A stretch of 63,838 nt of DNA, the filler included, from an uncultured Methanosarcinales archaeon (lineage in GTDB: Archaea > Nanobdellota > Nanobdellia > Woesearchaeales > UBA12501): NCBI GenBank assembly GCA_964397315.1. It is 3 parts of 3 records of this genome, joined end to end, with 100 filler letters (N's around TTAATTAATTAA, not from the genome) between each part and the next. Parts side by side here need not be neighbours in the genome. Positions count along the whole stretch, not along the records: positions 27,302 to 58,857 come from CAYNHV010000018.1; 2 more parts are not named here. The stretch is one strand, 5' to 3'. Position 1 is the first letter of the stretch. Each line of letters starts with the position of its first letter. This document shows positions 39,014 through 47,408 of this stretch, piece by piece. The position numbers and the translations under genes were made by a program. The notes below the pieces were generated by a model. That model ran no database searches. It had not been told where the DNA came from and was given only the letters and a program-made list of their open reading frames with translations.

Positions 39014-39460
39014 TCAAGACTGGTTCTGTATCCTTTTAAGGCGCTTTTTTAACAATTCAATACCTTTGTCATTCTTGAAGTCCTCACATCTTTTTATTTG
39101 GTTATAAGGCATAAATCTTTGATTTGATTTCCTCTTTATCCTTCCTTTTTCGTGGAATATCTTAGATGGAATAATCCAAAATTCATTATTCTCTATGTTA
39201 TGACAACAAATAAAAAAGTCTTTTTTCGGCTTAAACTCTTTTAATATAAACTGCTCTTGCCTATTTTTTATTGTTCTGCTTTTTACTTGAATCTCAATAT
39301 ATGTTCCTTGTTTATTTTTTACGATTAGGTCAATCCCTTCAGAATCAACGACAGGGATATAAACATCAAAATCATTCTTTAAGAGTTCAGAGATTATATA
39401 ATATTCAACACTCTTCCCTTTTTTCATTCCACTTTCGGTAGAGGCTTGTGCTTCTTTCAC
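39014..39460 (-). CDS. PD-(D/E)XK-family nuclease-like protein
   Basis: E...ELLK..FDVYIPVVDSEGIDLIV...YIEIQVKS. Confidence 0.75.
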   Translation of the reverse strand: MKEAQASTESGMKKGKSVEYYIISELLKNDFDVYIPVVDSEGIDLIVKNKQGTYIEIQVKSRTIKNRQEQFILKEFKPKKDFFICCHNIENNEFWIIPSKIFHEKGRIKRKSNQRFMPYNQIKRCEDFKNDKGIELLKKRLKRIQNQS

Positions 39461-39564
39461 TTTAAGCTCTCCTCAACCACCTTAATCTCATCTTTTGTAA
39501 GGCCGTAAATCTTATAGGTCTCCTGATCTGTCTGGTCATCAAGCTCTTTGATTTGTTCCTGCAT
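39457..39564 (-). CDS. 35-aa mini-ORF equal to a copy of the Type IIG RM C-terminal tail (RM-tail copy 3)
   Basis: Manual translation MQEQIKELDDQTDQETYKIYGLTKDEIKVVEESLK*. The ATG is 1 nt after the Bro-N stop and the stop overlaps the GTG of 39014..39460. Confidence 0.7.
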   Translation of the reverse strand: MQEQIKELDDQTDQETYKIYGLTKDEIKVVEESLK

Positions 39565-39565
39565 T

Positions 39566-40414
39566 TTATTTCTTACGCAGCTGTTTTTTCTTTTTTTCTG
39601 GATCAAAAAGATAGTTCTCTTTTGAAGCTATCCGTCTGCCCAACTCTGTTTCTGTCTCTTTTCTCGCATTCCCCGCCACTCTTCCGCCCTTTTTGGCCGC
39701 ATCTTCAACCTCTTTATAGCCTTGCGCATCATCTTTTCTTGTTATCTCTGTGGAGACTCTTTCCCCCAGCATGTTGAATATAAGTTCAAGGTCATTCATA
39801 TGGTCCCTGAGATTCTCCCTTTTTAGTCCCTTGAGTCTCTTATACTCTCCTGTTGTCATCCCAAAAGTGGCTTTGCTTATCTCATCTGTAAGAATTGCAT
39901 AATCCCTCTCTTCCCCGACTCCTCTCATGCCCCATTCGTCTGTAAGCTCCTGCCTTATTGCTATGCCCCTCACTCTCTTCTCAATCCAGTCATCAGAATA
40001 CCCCTTTGCCTTGTATATTTCTTTCATGCGCTTCTGGGCCAGCTCAGGATCCTCTATCTCCCGCACCCTCTCATAACCCACTTTTGCAAGCCACTGCTTA
40101 AAGGGTTCTGCTTTTGGCGAGGGAATTGACTGAACAATCCTGAACATGTTCCGAGTATTGGCGCAGTTTGTAAGCCTTAATTTGCCGTCTTCTGCAGGCA
40201 GTTTCAACTGGTGACAATCTGTCACCACTTCGCTTCCCTCCTCTCTGAGCCTTTGGCTAAGCTTGTTCCAGTACTTTCTTGCCTTGTGGGAATCTGCCTG
40301 TTCAGTCAAGACAGCGACAACATCCACAACAGAGAAGAACCACTCATCATTATGCCATACTCTTCTTATCTTCCTGTCCTGGAACACAACCAGGGAATTG
40401 CCCTTGTTTTCCAT
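39566..40414 (-). CDS. Bro-N domain protein (phage antirepressor-like)
   Basis: IRRVWHNDEWFFSVVDVV, YWNKL, IPSPKAEPFKQWLA, NLRDHMNDLELIF. Confidence 0.9.
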   Translation of the reverse strand: MENKGNSLVVFQDRKIRRVWHNDEWFFSVVDVVAVLTEQADSHKARKYWNKLSQRLREEGSEVVTDCHQLKLPAEDGKLRLTNCANTRNMFRIVQSIPSPKAEPFKQWLAKVGYERVREIEDPELAQKRMKEIYKAKGYSDDWIEKRVRGIAIRQELTDEWGMRGVGEERDYAILTDEISKATFGMTTGEYKRLKGLKRENLRDHMNDLELIFNMLGERVSTEITRKDDAQGYKEVEDAAKKGGRVAGNARKETETELGRRIASKENYLFDPEKKKKQLRKK

Positions 40415-40462
40415 TTTATATCTTGTCCATTATTTATGTCTTATTTATGCATTTCGCCCCTT

Positions 40463-40510
40463 AATGTCCAGTGTCCGGTGATAACTTCCGGAAAGAGCGG
40501 AAAATACTGA
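40463..40510 (-). repeat. Intergenic repeat family C, copy 2 (attC-like)
   Basis: TTCCGCTCTTTCCGGAAGTTATCACCGGACACTGGACATT. Confidence 0.6.
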
Positions 40511-40549
40511 TTCGACTCTTCTTTCTGTTTCTGTCATTTCAGGCTCTCC

Positions 40550-41053
40550 TTATATATATTTGTTTTTGTTGAAATCATCTGGAACCCTATACTTTTTTTC
40601 AGTGATTTTTGCTGATGTTATCCTGCTGGTTCTGAATTTTCTTACAGCTTTTCTTAAATGGCAGTATGCCAAAACATATTTCCTAGATTTATAGTAAACA
40701 TCAATTAATCTTGGTATAGACTCAGCGGATTCCATATTAAAATAGCCTATTTCCAGCGTATTTCTGCCATCAAAGGCCTTCTCAACTTTCCTATAAACCG
40801 GCTCGCTGATCTCATTATTGAATGTGTCATATCTTCTCCTTAATAGGGCTTTTTTTGATTCTTTGGCGTCTTCTGCAGGCAGAAGAGACTCAATTTTTCT
40901 TAAAATCTGCTTCAGCCCCTTTTTGCCGGCAATTGACTCCTCGCAATAATCTTTTTCCCAGCTTTCAATAGGATTTACTATTAGATTTTCATCATACGCC
41001 TTCAAAATAGAATGTATTTTGGTTAGTTCTTGTATGGTAAAAGGCTTATTCAA
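40550..41053 (-). CDS. WYL-domain protein
   Basis: LEIGY...R.IDVY...YVLAYCHLRKAVRKFRTSRI. Confidence 0.8.
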   Translation of the reverse strand: MNKPFTIQELTKIHSILKAYDENLIVNPIESWEKDYCEESIAGKKGLKQILRKIESLLPAEDAKESKKALLRRRYDTFNNEISEPVYRKVEKAFDGRNTLEIGYFNMESAESIPRLIDVYYKSRKYVLAYCHLRKAVRKFRTSRITSAKITEKKYRVPDDFNKNKYI

Positions 41054-41083
41054 TTTTCTCTCCCCTCTTCTTTCCCATATTCA

Positions 41084-42022
41084 TCACTTGGGGCTCCAAC
41101 CACTGTAATACTGCAGAGGCTTTTCTTTCCTTTTCTCAAACCCTATTTTCTTCCTAGGCTTTTTCCTTTCTTCATCCATCAGTTTTTTTAATCTTCTTTG
41201 CAGTGGATTAATTGGCTTTTCATTTGTCTCTTTCATCCTGGATTTTCCTTGATGATGCTCATCAAAGCACTCATCACATAGCCCTGTATGCCAATCTTTA
41301 TTGTGGGATGATATCCTTGCATTGCATTTCCTGCAATTGTGATTCATGTTTTCATCATGCTTTTTATGAAACGTTTTCAGCTTCTCTTTTGTCTCATGCG
41401 GATCAAGAGTTTCTGTGAAGGAGTCTTCTGACCATAAATCGCTGACTCTCGCTGGCCCCCCTGTTTCTTTGATGTCCTTTTCAAGGCAGCATTCCTTGTA
41501 TTTTTTTCCAGAGCCGCAATGACAGGGCTCATTTCTGCCAATTTTTCTCGGTTTCCTCTCCTGAAACTTTATGTTACTGCCTATTTCAGACACTTTTCTG
41601 GGCTGATGATAATCAATACTATTCTCATCAAGAACGCGGGCAAAATTTATGACACAATCCTTTTTTCCCGAGAAAAATATTATATTCCCCATTATTTCAG
41701 CAAAATAAACTTCGCACAAGAACCCATAAGTAGTTGCAAGCCAATCATCAGAATCATCATAAAAGATTCCCTTTTTATCAGCTAAAAGACCGAGATTATT
41801 TTTAATCTCGCTTAAATGCATGTCCTTCATCTCCTGGATAACCCCATCATATAACCTGACCACTTTCAGCTCTCTGTCTTTATTGAATTGCACAAAAGAG
41901 CTGATCAGTTTTTTGCTATCCACTTTTTTTCCCAGTAAAAAATCATGTTTTGTTTCAAGGTAATAATCAAAATTGTGCTGTTTTTCAAGCTCTTCACGAC
42001 GTTTCCCGATTAAACTGCTCAT
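41084..42022 (-). CDS. SEC-C motif protein with an additional Zn finger
   Basis: GRNEPCHCGSGKKYKECC and CRKC...CDEC. Confidence 0.8.
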   Translation of the reverse strand: MSSLIGKRREELEKQHNFDYYLETKHDFLLGKKVDSKKLISSFVQFNKDRELKVVRLYDGVIQEMKDMHLSEIKNNLGLLADKKGIFYDDSDDWLATTYGFLCEVYFAEIMGNIIFFSGKKDCVINFARVLDENSIDYHQPRKVSEIGSNIKFQERKPRKIGRNEPCHCGSGKKYKECCLEKDIKETGGPARVSDLWSEDSFTETLDPHETKEKLKTFHKKHDENMNHNCRKCNARISSHNKDWHTGLCDECFDEHHQGKSRMKETNEKPINPLQRRLKKLMDEERKKPRKKIGFEKRKEKPLQYYSGWSPK

Positions 42023-42119
42023 TTTAAACTCCCCTCAACAATCCTGATCTCGTCCTTGGTGAGGCCGTAAATCTTATAGGCCTCCTGATCTGTCCGGTCA
42101 TCAAGCTCTTTGATTTGTT
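42019..42119 (-). repeat. Type IIG RM 3'-tail repeat, copy 2
   Basis: Encodes QIKELDDRTDQEAYKIYGLTKDEIRIVEGSLK*, nearly identical to the end of 42766..45573. Confidence 0.9.
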
Positions 42120-42378
42120 TACACCAACAGCCGAAACAAAAGAGCCTGTTTTTAGCTGCTCTGCCATAGCATAATTTCCTTATGCATTTTGACGACCACA
42201 AAATTGTATTATCTTCACCTTTCTGAATAATCAGCTTAATGCTCCCTTTTTTGGTTTTTCCCTTTTTGATTAGCTTCCCTTTAACTCTGATGCGGCTTTT
42301 AAATTCTTTTACCTTTCTTTCTTTTCTGGCTAATTCTGAAAGCGTGTTAATCAGTGTCCTGTCTATCTGATTTTTCAT
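42019..42378 (-). pseudogene. Apparently frameshifted basic protein gene fused to RM-tail copy 2
   Basis: After ...IQKGED, alternative frames read YNFVVVKMHKE and YAMAEQLKTGSFVSAVGV, then the sequence switches abruptly to the RM tail. Confidence 0.5.
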
Positions 42379-42769
42379 CTTGCATCTTATCCAAATGCTT
42401 CATAGTATAAATCATTTGCTGGATGCCTATATAAGCCCCTGCTCCAAACATCTCTTCGGCCAAATCCCTCTTTGACATGGTTTTAAGCTCTTCCTTTCGT
42501 TCTTTCCAAACCTCAGGAAAGGCATCTTCAACCAAAGCATTTGTCATGTTTTCAGGAATAAGCTCGTCCATCTTGCCCATGGGAATATCTACATGGACTT
42601 CTCCCAAGTCTTCCCCTTTTGCCAATTCTCCTGCATTTTGGAAGCATTCATAGCACATATGCTTTTTTGACCTTTCAAGCATATCTTCAGGGCATTCAAT
42701 CTCCTTGCCGCAAAAAGAGCAGCTCACTTTTACTGACTTCTTGTTTTCAATATCTTTAAACTCATTCAT
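42347..42769 (-). CDS. Zn-ribbon hypothetical protein
   Basis: CSFCG...C...CYEC; ATGA overlap with the RM stop. Confidence 0.75.
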   Translation of the reverse strand: MNEFKDIENKKSVKVSCSFCGKEIECPEDMLERSKKHMCYECFQNAGELAKGEDLGEVHVDIPMGKMDELIPENMTNALVEDAFPEVWKERKEELKTMSKRDLAEEMFGAGAYIGIQQMIYTMKHLDKMQDEKSDRQDTD

Positions 42770-45573
42770 TTTAAACTCCCCTCAACAATCCTGATCTCAT
42801 CTTTTGTCAGGCCATACAGCTTATAGACTTCCTGGTCTATCTGGTCATCAAGCTCTTCGATTTCTCTCTCAAGACGGGCTTTTGAGTCGGTTTGCTTGTC
42901 ATGAACTTTCCTTAACTCTTTAGATAAATCAATACGCCTTTCCACTAAATTATTAAGTTTTGTTTTAAAGGATTGAGGCATATTTTTTTTAATAGGAATA
43001 TTCTTAACATAAGAAGCTATATAACGATAAAAACCTCCCCTAATCATTGTAGAAATTTGTTTAAAGTAATATTCTATAACCTTTGAGTTGAGTATACCCA
43101 CAAGATATTTTTCCTTAAAAGGCACAATGTAAGCTGTATTACCACAAAAATGCTTTTCCACATCATAAGAAAACCTATTCTCAGAAGCAATATCCGGAAA
43201 GATTATTTTATCACACTCAAATTCTGAGTAATATTTACATCCTCTCAGTTCATACCAAGGATGTTTTTTGTGTTTTACTTCCCAAACCTTATCTAACTTA
43301 CTTTTAAACTTCATAAGATGTTCTCTTACTGCAGGATATTTGGTGATGTTGATCCCAGTGTAAGCGAATATCAAATAATTATCATCAAACTCAACGCTAT
43401 ACCTCTTGATATTCTTTCCAAAAATAAACTTTTTGATTATCTCTTCTGATTTCTTATCTTTTTTTATTAAACTGTTTTTTGTTTTTTCATCTATAATAAA
43501 AGCTTCATTACATCCGGTAGTAATGCCTCTGAAAAGTTTTCCTTTCACAAAAGAATATAAATCCACTGTATTTTTCTCAATCTTAGTTTTAAGTTTATTG
43601 TCCGCTTTTTCTTTAAAAACCCACCCTTCAGAACTAATCTCGCTCTGTTTGATAATATTCTGGTTAGATTGCACTTCGTCTTGCAAATTCTTAAAATTAA
43701 GAGATTTAACTTTTGAAAAAATAATTTTATTTGACTTTCTCGTCTTAGCGTTACCTGTTTTCTTTAAGATAATTATACATGGATAAGTGGTGGCATCTTG
43801 AAAAACAGGGAGTTCTCCAAAGTCAATAAATTGAAGAATTTGAGTATTATCTAGAATAAAGTCTCTTAATTTTCTTCCATATTTAGTTCTTGTAAATTTA
43901 CTTGAAACAATAAAAGCGAAGTAACCTCCTTCTTTAAGTAAGTTTATAGCTCTTTCAAAGAAATAGGTGTATATATCACTAGTACCATCATAAATCTTAT
44001 ACTTTTCAAATCCTTTCTTATACTTATCTAATTGTTCCTGCCTAACATAAGGCGGATTTCCTATAACCACATCAAAGCCTCCTTCGGCCATTATGTCTTT
44101 GAACTCTTTCTCCCAATTGAAGGTCTTGTCTCCTGCAACCTCAGAATCGTCAATAAGGCTGTTGCCCACTTTAAGGTTCTCCTGTAGTGTGGGCAGCCTG
44201 TGCTTCTTCTCAGCAGCCTTCAGGAGAAGGTTCAGCTGCGCTATCTCCACTGCCTTGGGGTCCAGATCCACCCCAAATATGTTGTTCTTAAGTATCTCAA
44301 GCTTTCTGCCGTAAGTCACAGACTCTCCTGTAAAGTCCAGCTTTGTCTGGTCAATATCACCATTCTTTTTCTTGTCCAGCGCCACAAGATAATCAAAAGC
44401 CTTCATCAAGAAGCTTCCGGAACCGCAGGCAGGATCAAGAACCTTTATCTTTGAAAGGTCAGCCTTCTTGTCCTTGGCCAGCTCGCCAATGGTATTCTTC
44501 ACAATATAATCCACAACATAGGTGGGCGTGTAATAGATTCCCTGCTCTTTCCTGTGGGCCTTGCCGGAAGTAAGCTTTGCCCTTTTAGGGGTCTTCTTGA
44601 GTATGTGGCCCAGGTACTGCTCATACATATTTCCCAGGACATCAGCGTCTATAAGGCTGAAATCATACCTCACAGTCCCGTCCTGAGTCTGAAACAACCC
44701 CTTTATGATTCTTTCAAGAACATCATCACTTATTACAAGCTGGTCACAAAGGTGCTCCTCAAAGAGCTTGCTGTTATACGTTTCGTTGAATCTAGCGAAT
44801 GATTCCCCCAGCTTCTTGTAAATCCTCTTGTGGGTGTCCTCCCTCACCAGAGGGATCAGGCTTTGAGGCTCTAATTCCCTGGACTCACAGGTCCTTATGA
44901 ATATCAGCCTGTCAAGTATCCTCTGAACAGACTCGTCAAGCTCATCCTCAGAATCAAACTTGCCGGCATTATGGCTCATCAGGTCCTTGGAAAGAGACTC
45001 CCTGAACATCGTGAGGTCGCTCAAGAGCTGCTTGTCCACAGGAATCTTCTTCAGCTTCTTCAATCTCTTTTCTGCCTCATTATGGATCAGGCCTTTCTCA
45101 AAGCTCTCCTTGGAAAGCAGCCATAAGTCATCAAACCTGTCCAAATACTGCGTGTAGTTGAGAAAGTACAGGCCGCTCTGCACGTAATTAGTGGTCTTCA
45201 CCTCAGCATTAAAAACCTTTATCCCCTCAAAATCACATAACACAGCCCAGATAACATTCTTATGCCAAGCATAATCAATAGCCTGCTTCGCCCATCTCTC
45301 CTCATCTAGATCCACAGAAAGCTTTTTGGCCTCAAGAAAGAACTTAGGGATATCACCCATCTTAAAAGCATAATCAACCCTTCCCTTGGAAGCCTTGTCC
45401 TCAGGATGAACATCCTTCTCAAAATCCCATCCAAGAGCCTCAAACAAGGGCCTGATAAACCATTGTTTCGTCTTCTCCTCATTAAAGCCCTTTATATCAG
45501 ACTGAGAAAGAGATTCATATTTTTTAACCAGTTCAGCAACTCTCTTTTTAGCTTCTTCCTTGGAAACCACCAT
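42766..45573 (-). CDS. Type IIG restriction-modification enzyme (HsdR_N-like nuclease + N6-adenine MTase, Eco57I/TaqI-like + TRD)
   Basis: EEKTK..FI.PLFEALGWD, RVDY..FFLEAK; GIYYTP, LDPACGSGSFL, GFDVVIGNPPY; TaqI_C-like KIIFPDI, ILNSK. Confidence 0.95.
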   Translation of the reverse strand: MVVSKEEAKKRVAELVKKYESLSQSDIKGFNEEKTKQWFIRPLFEALGWDFEKDVHPEDKASKGRVDYAFKMGDIPKFFLEAKKLSVDLDEERWAKQAIDYAWHKNVIWAVLCDFEGIKVFNAEVKTTNYVQSGLYFLNYTQYLDRFDDLWLLSKESFEKGLIHNEAEKRLKKLKKIPVDKQLLSDLTMFRESLSKDLMSHNAGKFDSEDELDESVQRILDRLIFIRTCESRELEPQSLIPLVREDTHKRIYKKLGESFARFNETYNSKLFEEHLCDQLVISDDVLERIIKGLFQTQDGTVRYDFSLIDADVLGNMYEQYLGHILKKTPKRAKLTSGKAHRKEQGIYYTPTYVVDYIVKNTIGELAKDKKADLSKIKVLDPACGSGSFLMKAFDYLVALDKKKNGDIDQTKLDFTGESVTYGRKLEILKNNIFGVDLDPKAVEIAQLNLLLKAAEKKHRLPTLQENLKVGNSLIDDSEVAGDKTFNWEKEFKDIMAEGGFDVVIGNPPYVRQEQLDKYKKGFEKYKIYDGTSDIYTYFFERAINLLKEGGYFAFIVSSKFTRTKYGRKLRDFILDNTQILQFIDFGELPVFQDATTYPCIIILKKTGNAKTRKSNKIIFSKVKSLNFKNLQDEVQSNQNIIKQSEISSEGWVFKEKADNKLKTKIEKNTVDLYSFVKGKLFRGITTGCNEAFIIDEKTKNSLIKKDKKSEEIIKKFIFGKNIKRYSVEFDDNYLIFAYTGINITKYPAVREHLMKFKSKLDKVWEVKHKKHPWYELRGCKYYSEFECDKIIFPDIASENRFSYDVEKHFCGNTAYIVPFKEKYLVGILNSKVIEYYFKQISTMIRGGFYRYIASYVKNIPIKKNMPQSFKTKLNNLVERRIDLSKELRKVHDKQTDSKARLEREIEELDDQIDQEVYKLYGLTKDEIRIVEGSLK

Positions 45574-45616
45574 ACAACCCCCATTATGTAACTCATTTAT
45601 AAATATTGCTTTGAGC

Positions 45617-47317
45617 TTATGTACCCTTCATCCTCCTTATCTCCTCAACTGTTGTTGCCTGTTCCGGGCCTTTGTCATCCCTCACCCTAAGGAATCTTGG
45701 AAACCTCAGCGCATACCCCTTCTTTGCCCTTCCCCTTCCTGCTGTGTGGCTCGGGCTGGTTGTTATCTCGCCTGCAAGCACCTCAACAACAACATCCGGC
45801 CTTATGTGCGTGTCAGGCTTCATTCTCTCGTCCACTACAACATCCTTCGGCTTTTGCTTTGCTTCGTGCAGCATCTTTTTTATCTCACTGAACTGCCTGT
45901 CTGTGAATCCTGTTCCGACCTTTGTGAGAGTCTCAAACCTGCCCTCTCTCCTGTTGTATGCAGCGCAAAGCAGAGCTCCGAAACTTCCTTTTCTCCTGCC
46001 CCTGCCGCGGAACGAGCCCACCACAACAAGGTCAAACGTCTCTCTCATGCCCTCTGCATATTCCTTCTTCCACTTTACCCAGAGGAAGCCCCTCCTGCCG
46101 GGCTGGTATGAGGATTCCTTTGCTGTTGACTTGACTATTATGCCCTCAAGCCCTTTTTTGACAGAGTTTCTGAAGAAATCCTGCACCTTGCTGAAGTCTG
46201 AAGTGACCAGCCTCTTTGAAAGCTTTACCCTGCCTGACTCCTTGATTCCTGATTCAAGCTTCTCCCTTCTCTCCGGGTATGGCTTGTTAAGCAGCGACCT
46301 GCCTTTGAGATACATGATATCAAAGAGATAGACTATTGCAGGCACTTTTTTAGCGTACTCCTTCACATCGTATTTCCTCCTCCTGTGCATGAGCTTCTGG
46401 AAGGGAAGTATCTTTCCGTTCTCATAAGCCACTATCTCTCCGTCAAGCACTGCCTTTTTTGCCTTTACATTCTTTTTCAGCGCCTCTGCAATGTCAGGGA
46501 ATTGGGGTGTTATGTCCTCAAGCCTCCTGGAGAACAAGGTTATTCTTCCATTGCCAATGTGCGCCTGCACCCTCTCGCCGTCATACTTCTCCTCTGCAGC
46601 CATCTCTGCAGGGAACCTTTCATTGAGCTCATTTATGGTGTCAACCCTTTTTGCGAGCATTGAATTAACAGGCCTGCCCAGCCTTATTGAGAACCTGCTG
46701 AGGGAGCTTTTTCCCTTTCTTTTCAGCGACTCTGCAATCTCCCCCATGTCAGGGCACATGTTATAGGCGTTTTCAATCGCTGAATGGCCGACAGAGCATG
46801 CCTTTGCAAGAGCCTCAATAAGGAACTGCTCTCCAAAGCCGAGCCTTAGTTTTCCCAAGGCAATCCTCATTATGTACTTTGCCTCAATTGCAGAGGCATC
46901 AGATAACAGCTCTGCAAGAAGGCTGATCTTCTTTTCCTGGCTTCCTTTTCCTGCTGCCTTTCTAACCTCCACAAGCCTCTCAAACACTTCATTGATTGTC
47001 AGGCTGCTCTTTTTCCTGCTGTCAAGCTCATAAGCAGCATCGCCCAGATCCCCTTTCCTGTTGTAGAGCTTCTTCACCCTTTCCTCAGAAGCATTGTAGG
47101 ACTTTGCAAGAGCCCTCACGCCGAACTTTCCCGCGAGCCCCATGTCAGTGCCCTCATATTTTGGGCCTGTTGTTCCCAAAGCAAGGTATGCTGCTGTTCC
47201 TGCCTCTGATGCAGTTAGGCCTTTGAAGAATCCCGCCAGCTTCGCGACTATCTTCTTGTGGGATGATGTTCTTTCAAGCTCTGAGTACAGGCTTGCGAGT
47301 TTGCTGAAGCCGGCCAT
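45617..47317 (-). CDS. lig: ATP-dependent DNA ligase
   Basis: EEKYDGERVQAH, LDGE, FDIMY, EGIIVK, WVKWK, DLVVVG, ALRFPRF.RVRDDK. Confidence 0.96.
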   Translation of the reverse strand: MAGFSKLASLYSELERTSSHKKIVAKLAGFFKGLTASEAGTAAYLALGTTGPKYEGTDMGLAGKFGVRALAKSYNASEERVKKLYNRKGDLGDAAYELDSRKKSSLTINEVFERLVEVRKAAGKGSQEKKISLLAELLSDASAIEAKYIMRIALGKLRLGFGEQFLIEALAKACSVGHSAIENAYNMCPDMGEIAESLKRKGKSSLSRFSIRLGRPVNSMLAKRVDTINELNERFPAEMAAEEKYDGERVQAHIGNGRITLFSRRLEDITPQFPDIAEALKKNVKAKKAVLDGEIVAYENGKILPFQKLMHRRRKYDVKEYAKKVPAIVYLFDIMYLKGRSLLNKPYPERREKLESGIKESGRVKLSKRLVTSDFSKVQDFFRNSVKKGLEGIIVKSTAKESSYQPGRRGFLWVKWKKEYAEGMRETFDLVVVGSFRGRGRRKGSFGALLCAAYNRREGRFETLTKVGTGFTDRQFSEIKKMLHEAKQKPKDVVVDERMKPDTHIRPDVVVEVLAGEITTSPSHTAGRGRAKKGYALRFPRFLRVRDDKGPEQATTVEEIRRMKGT

Positions 47318-47408
47318 ATACAGGAGGATATTGTTTTATTAGATATTTAAATGTTGTTTTCAGCAGCAGCTGCCGGAAGTGAAGTGATGCCGCAAGAGGG
47401 GCTGTCAA

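Noticed and set aside
37790..45573. Prophage or integrative element call for the defence island
   Set aside because: Bro-N alone is insufficient. There is no integrase, capsid, terminase, replication gene or flanking att/tRNA.
45560..46331. Long antisense or alternate-frame ORFs (e.g. 45672..46331, 25051..25836, 3979..4506)
   Set aside because: They are shadows of well-supported genes on the opposite strand.
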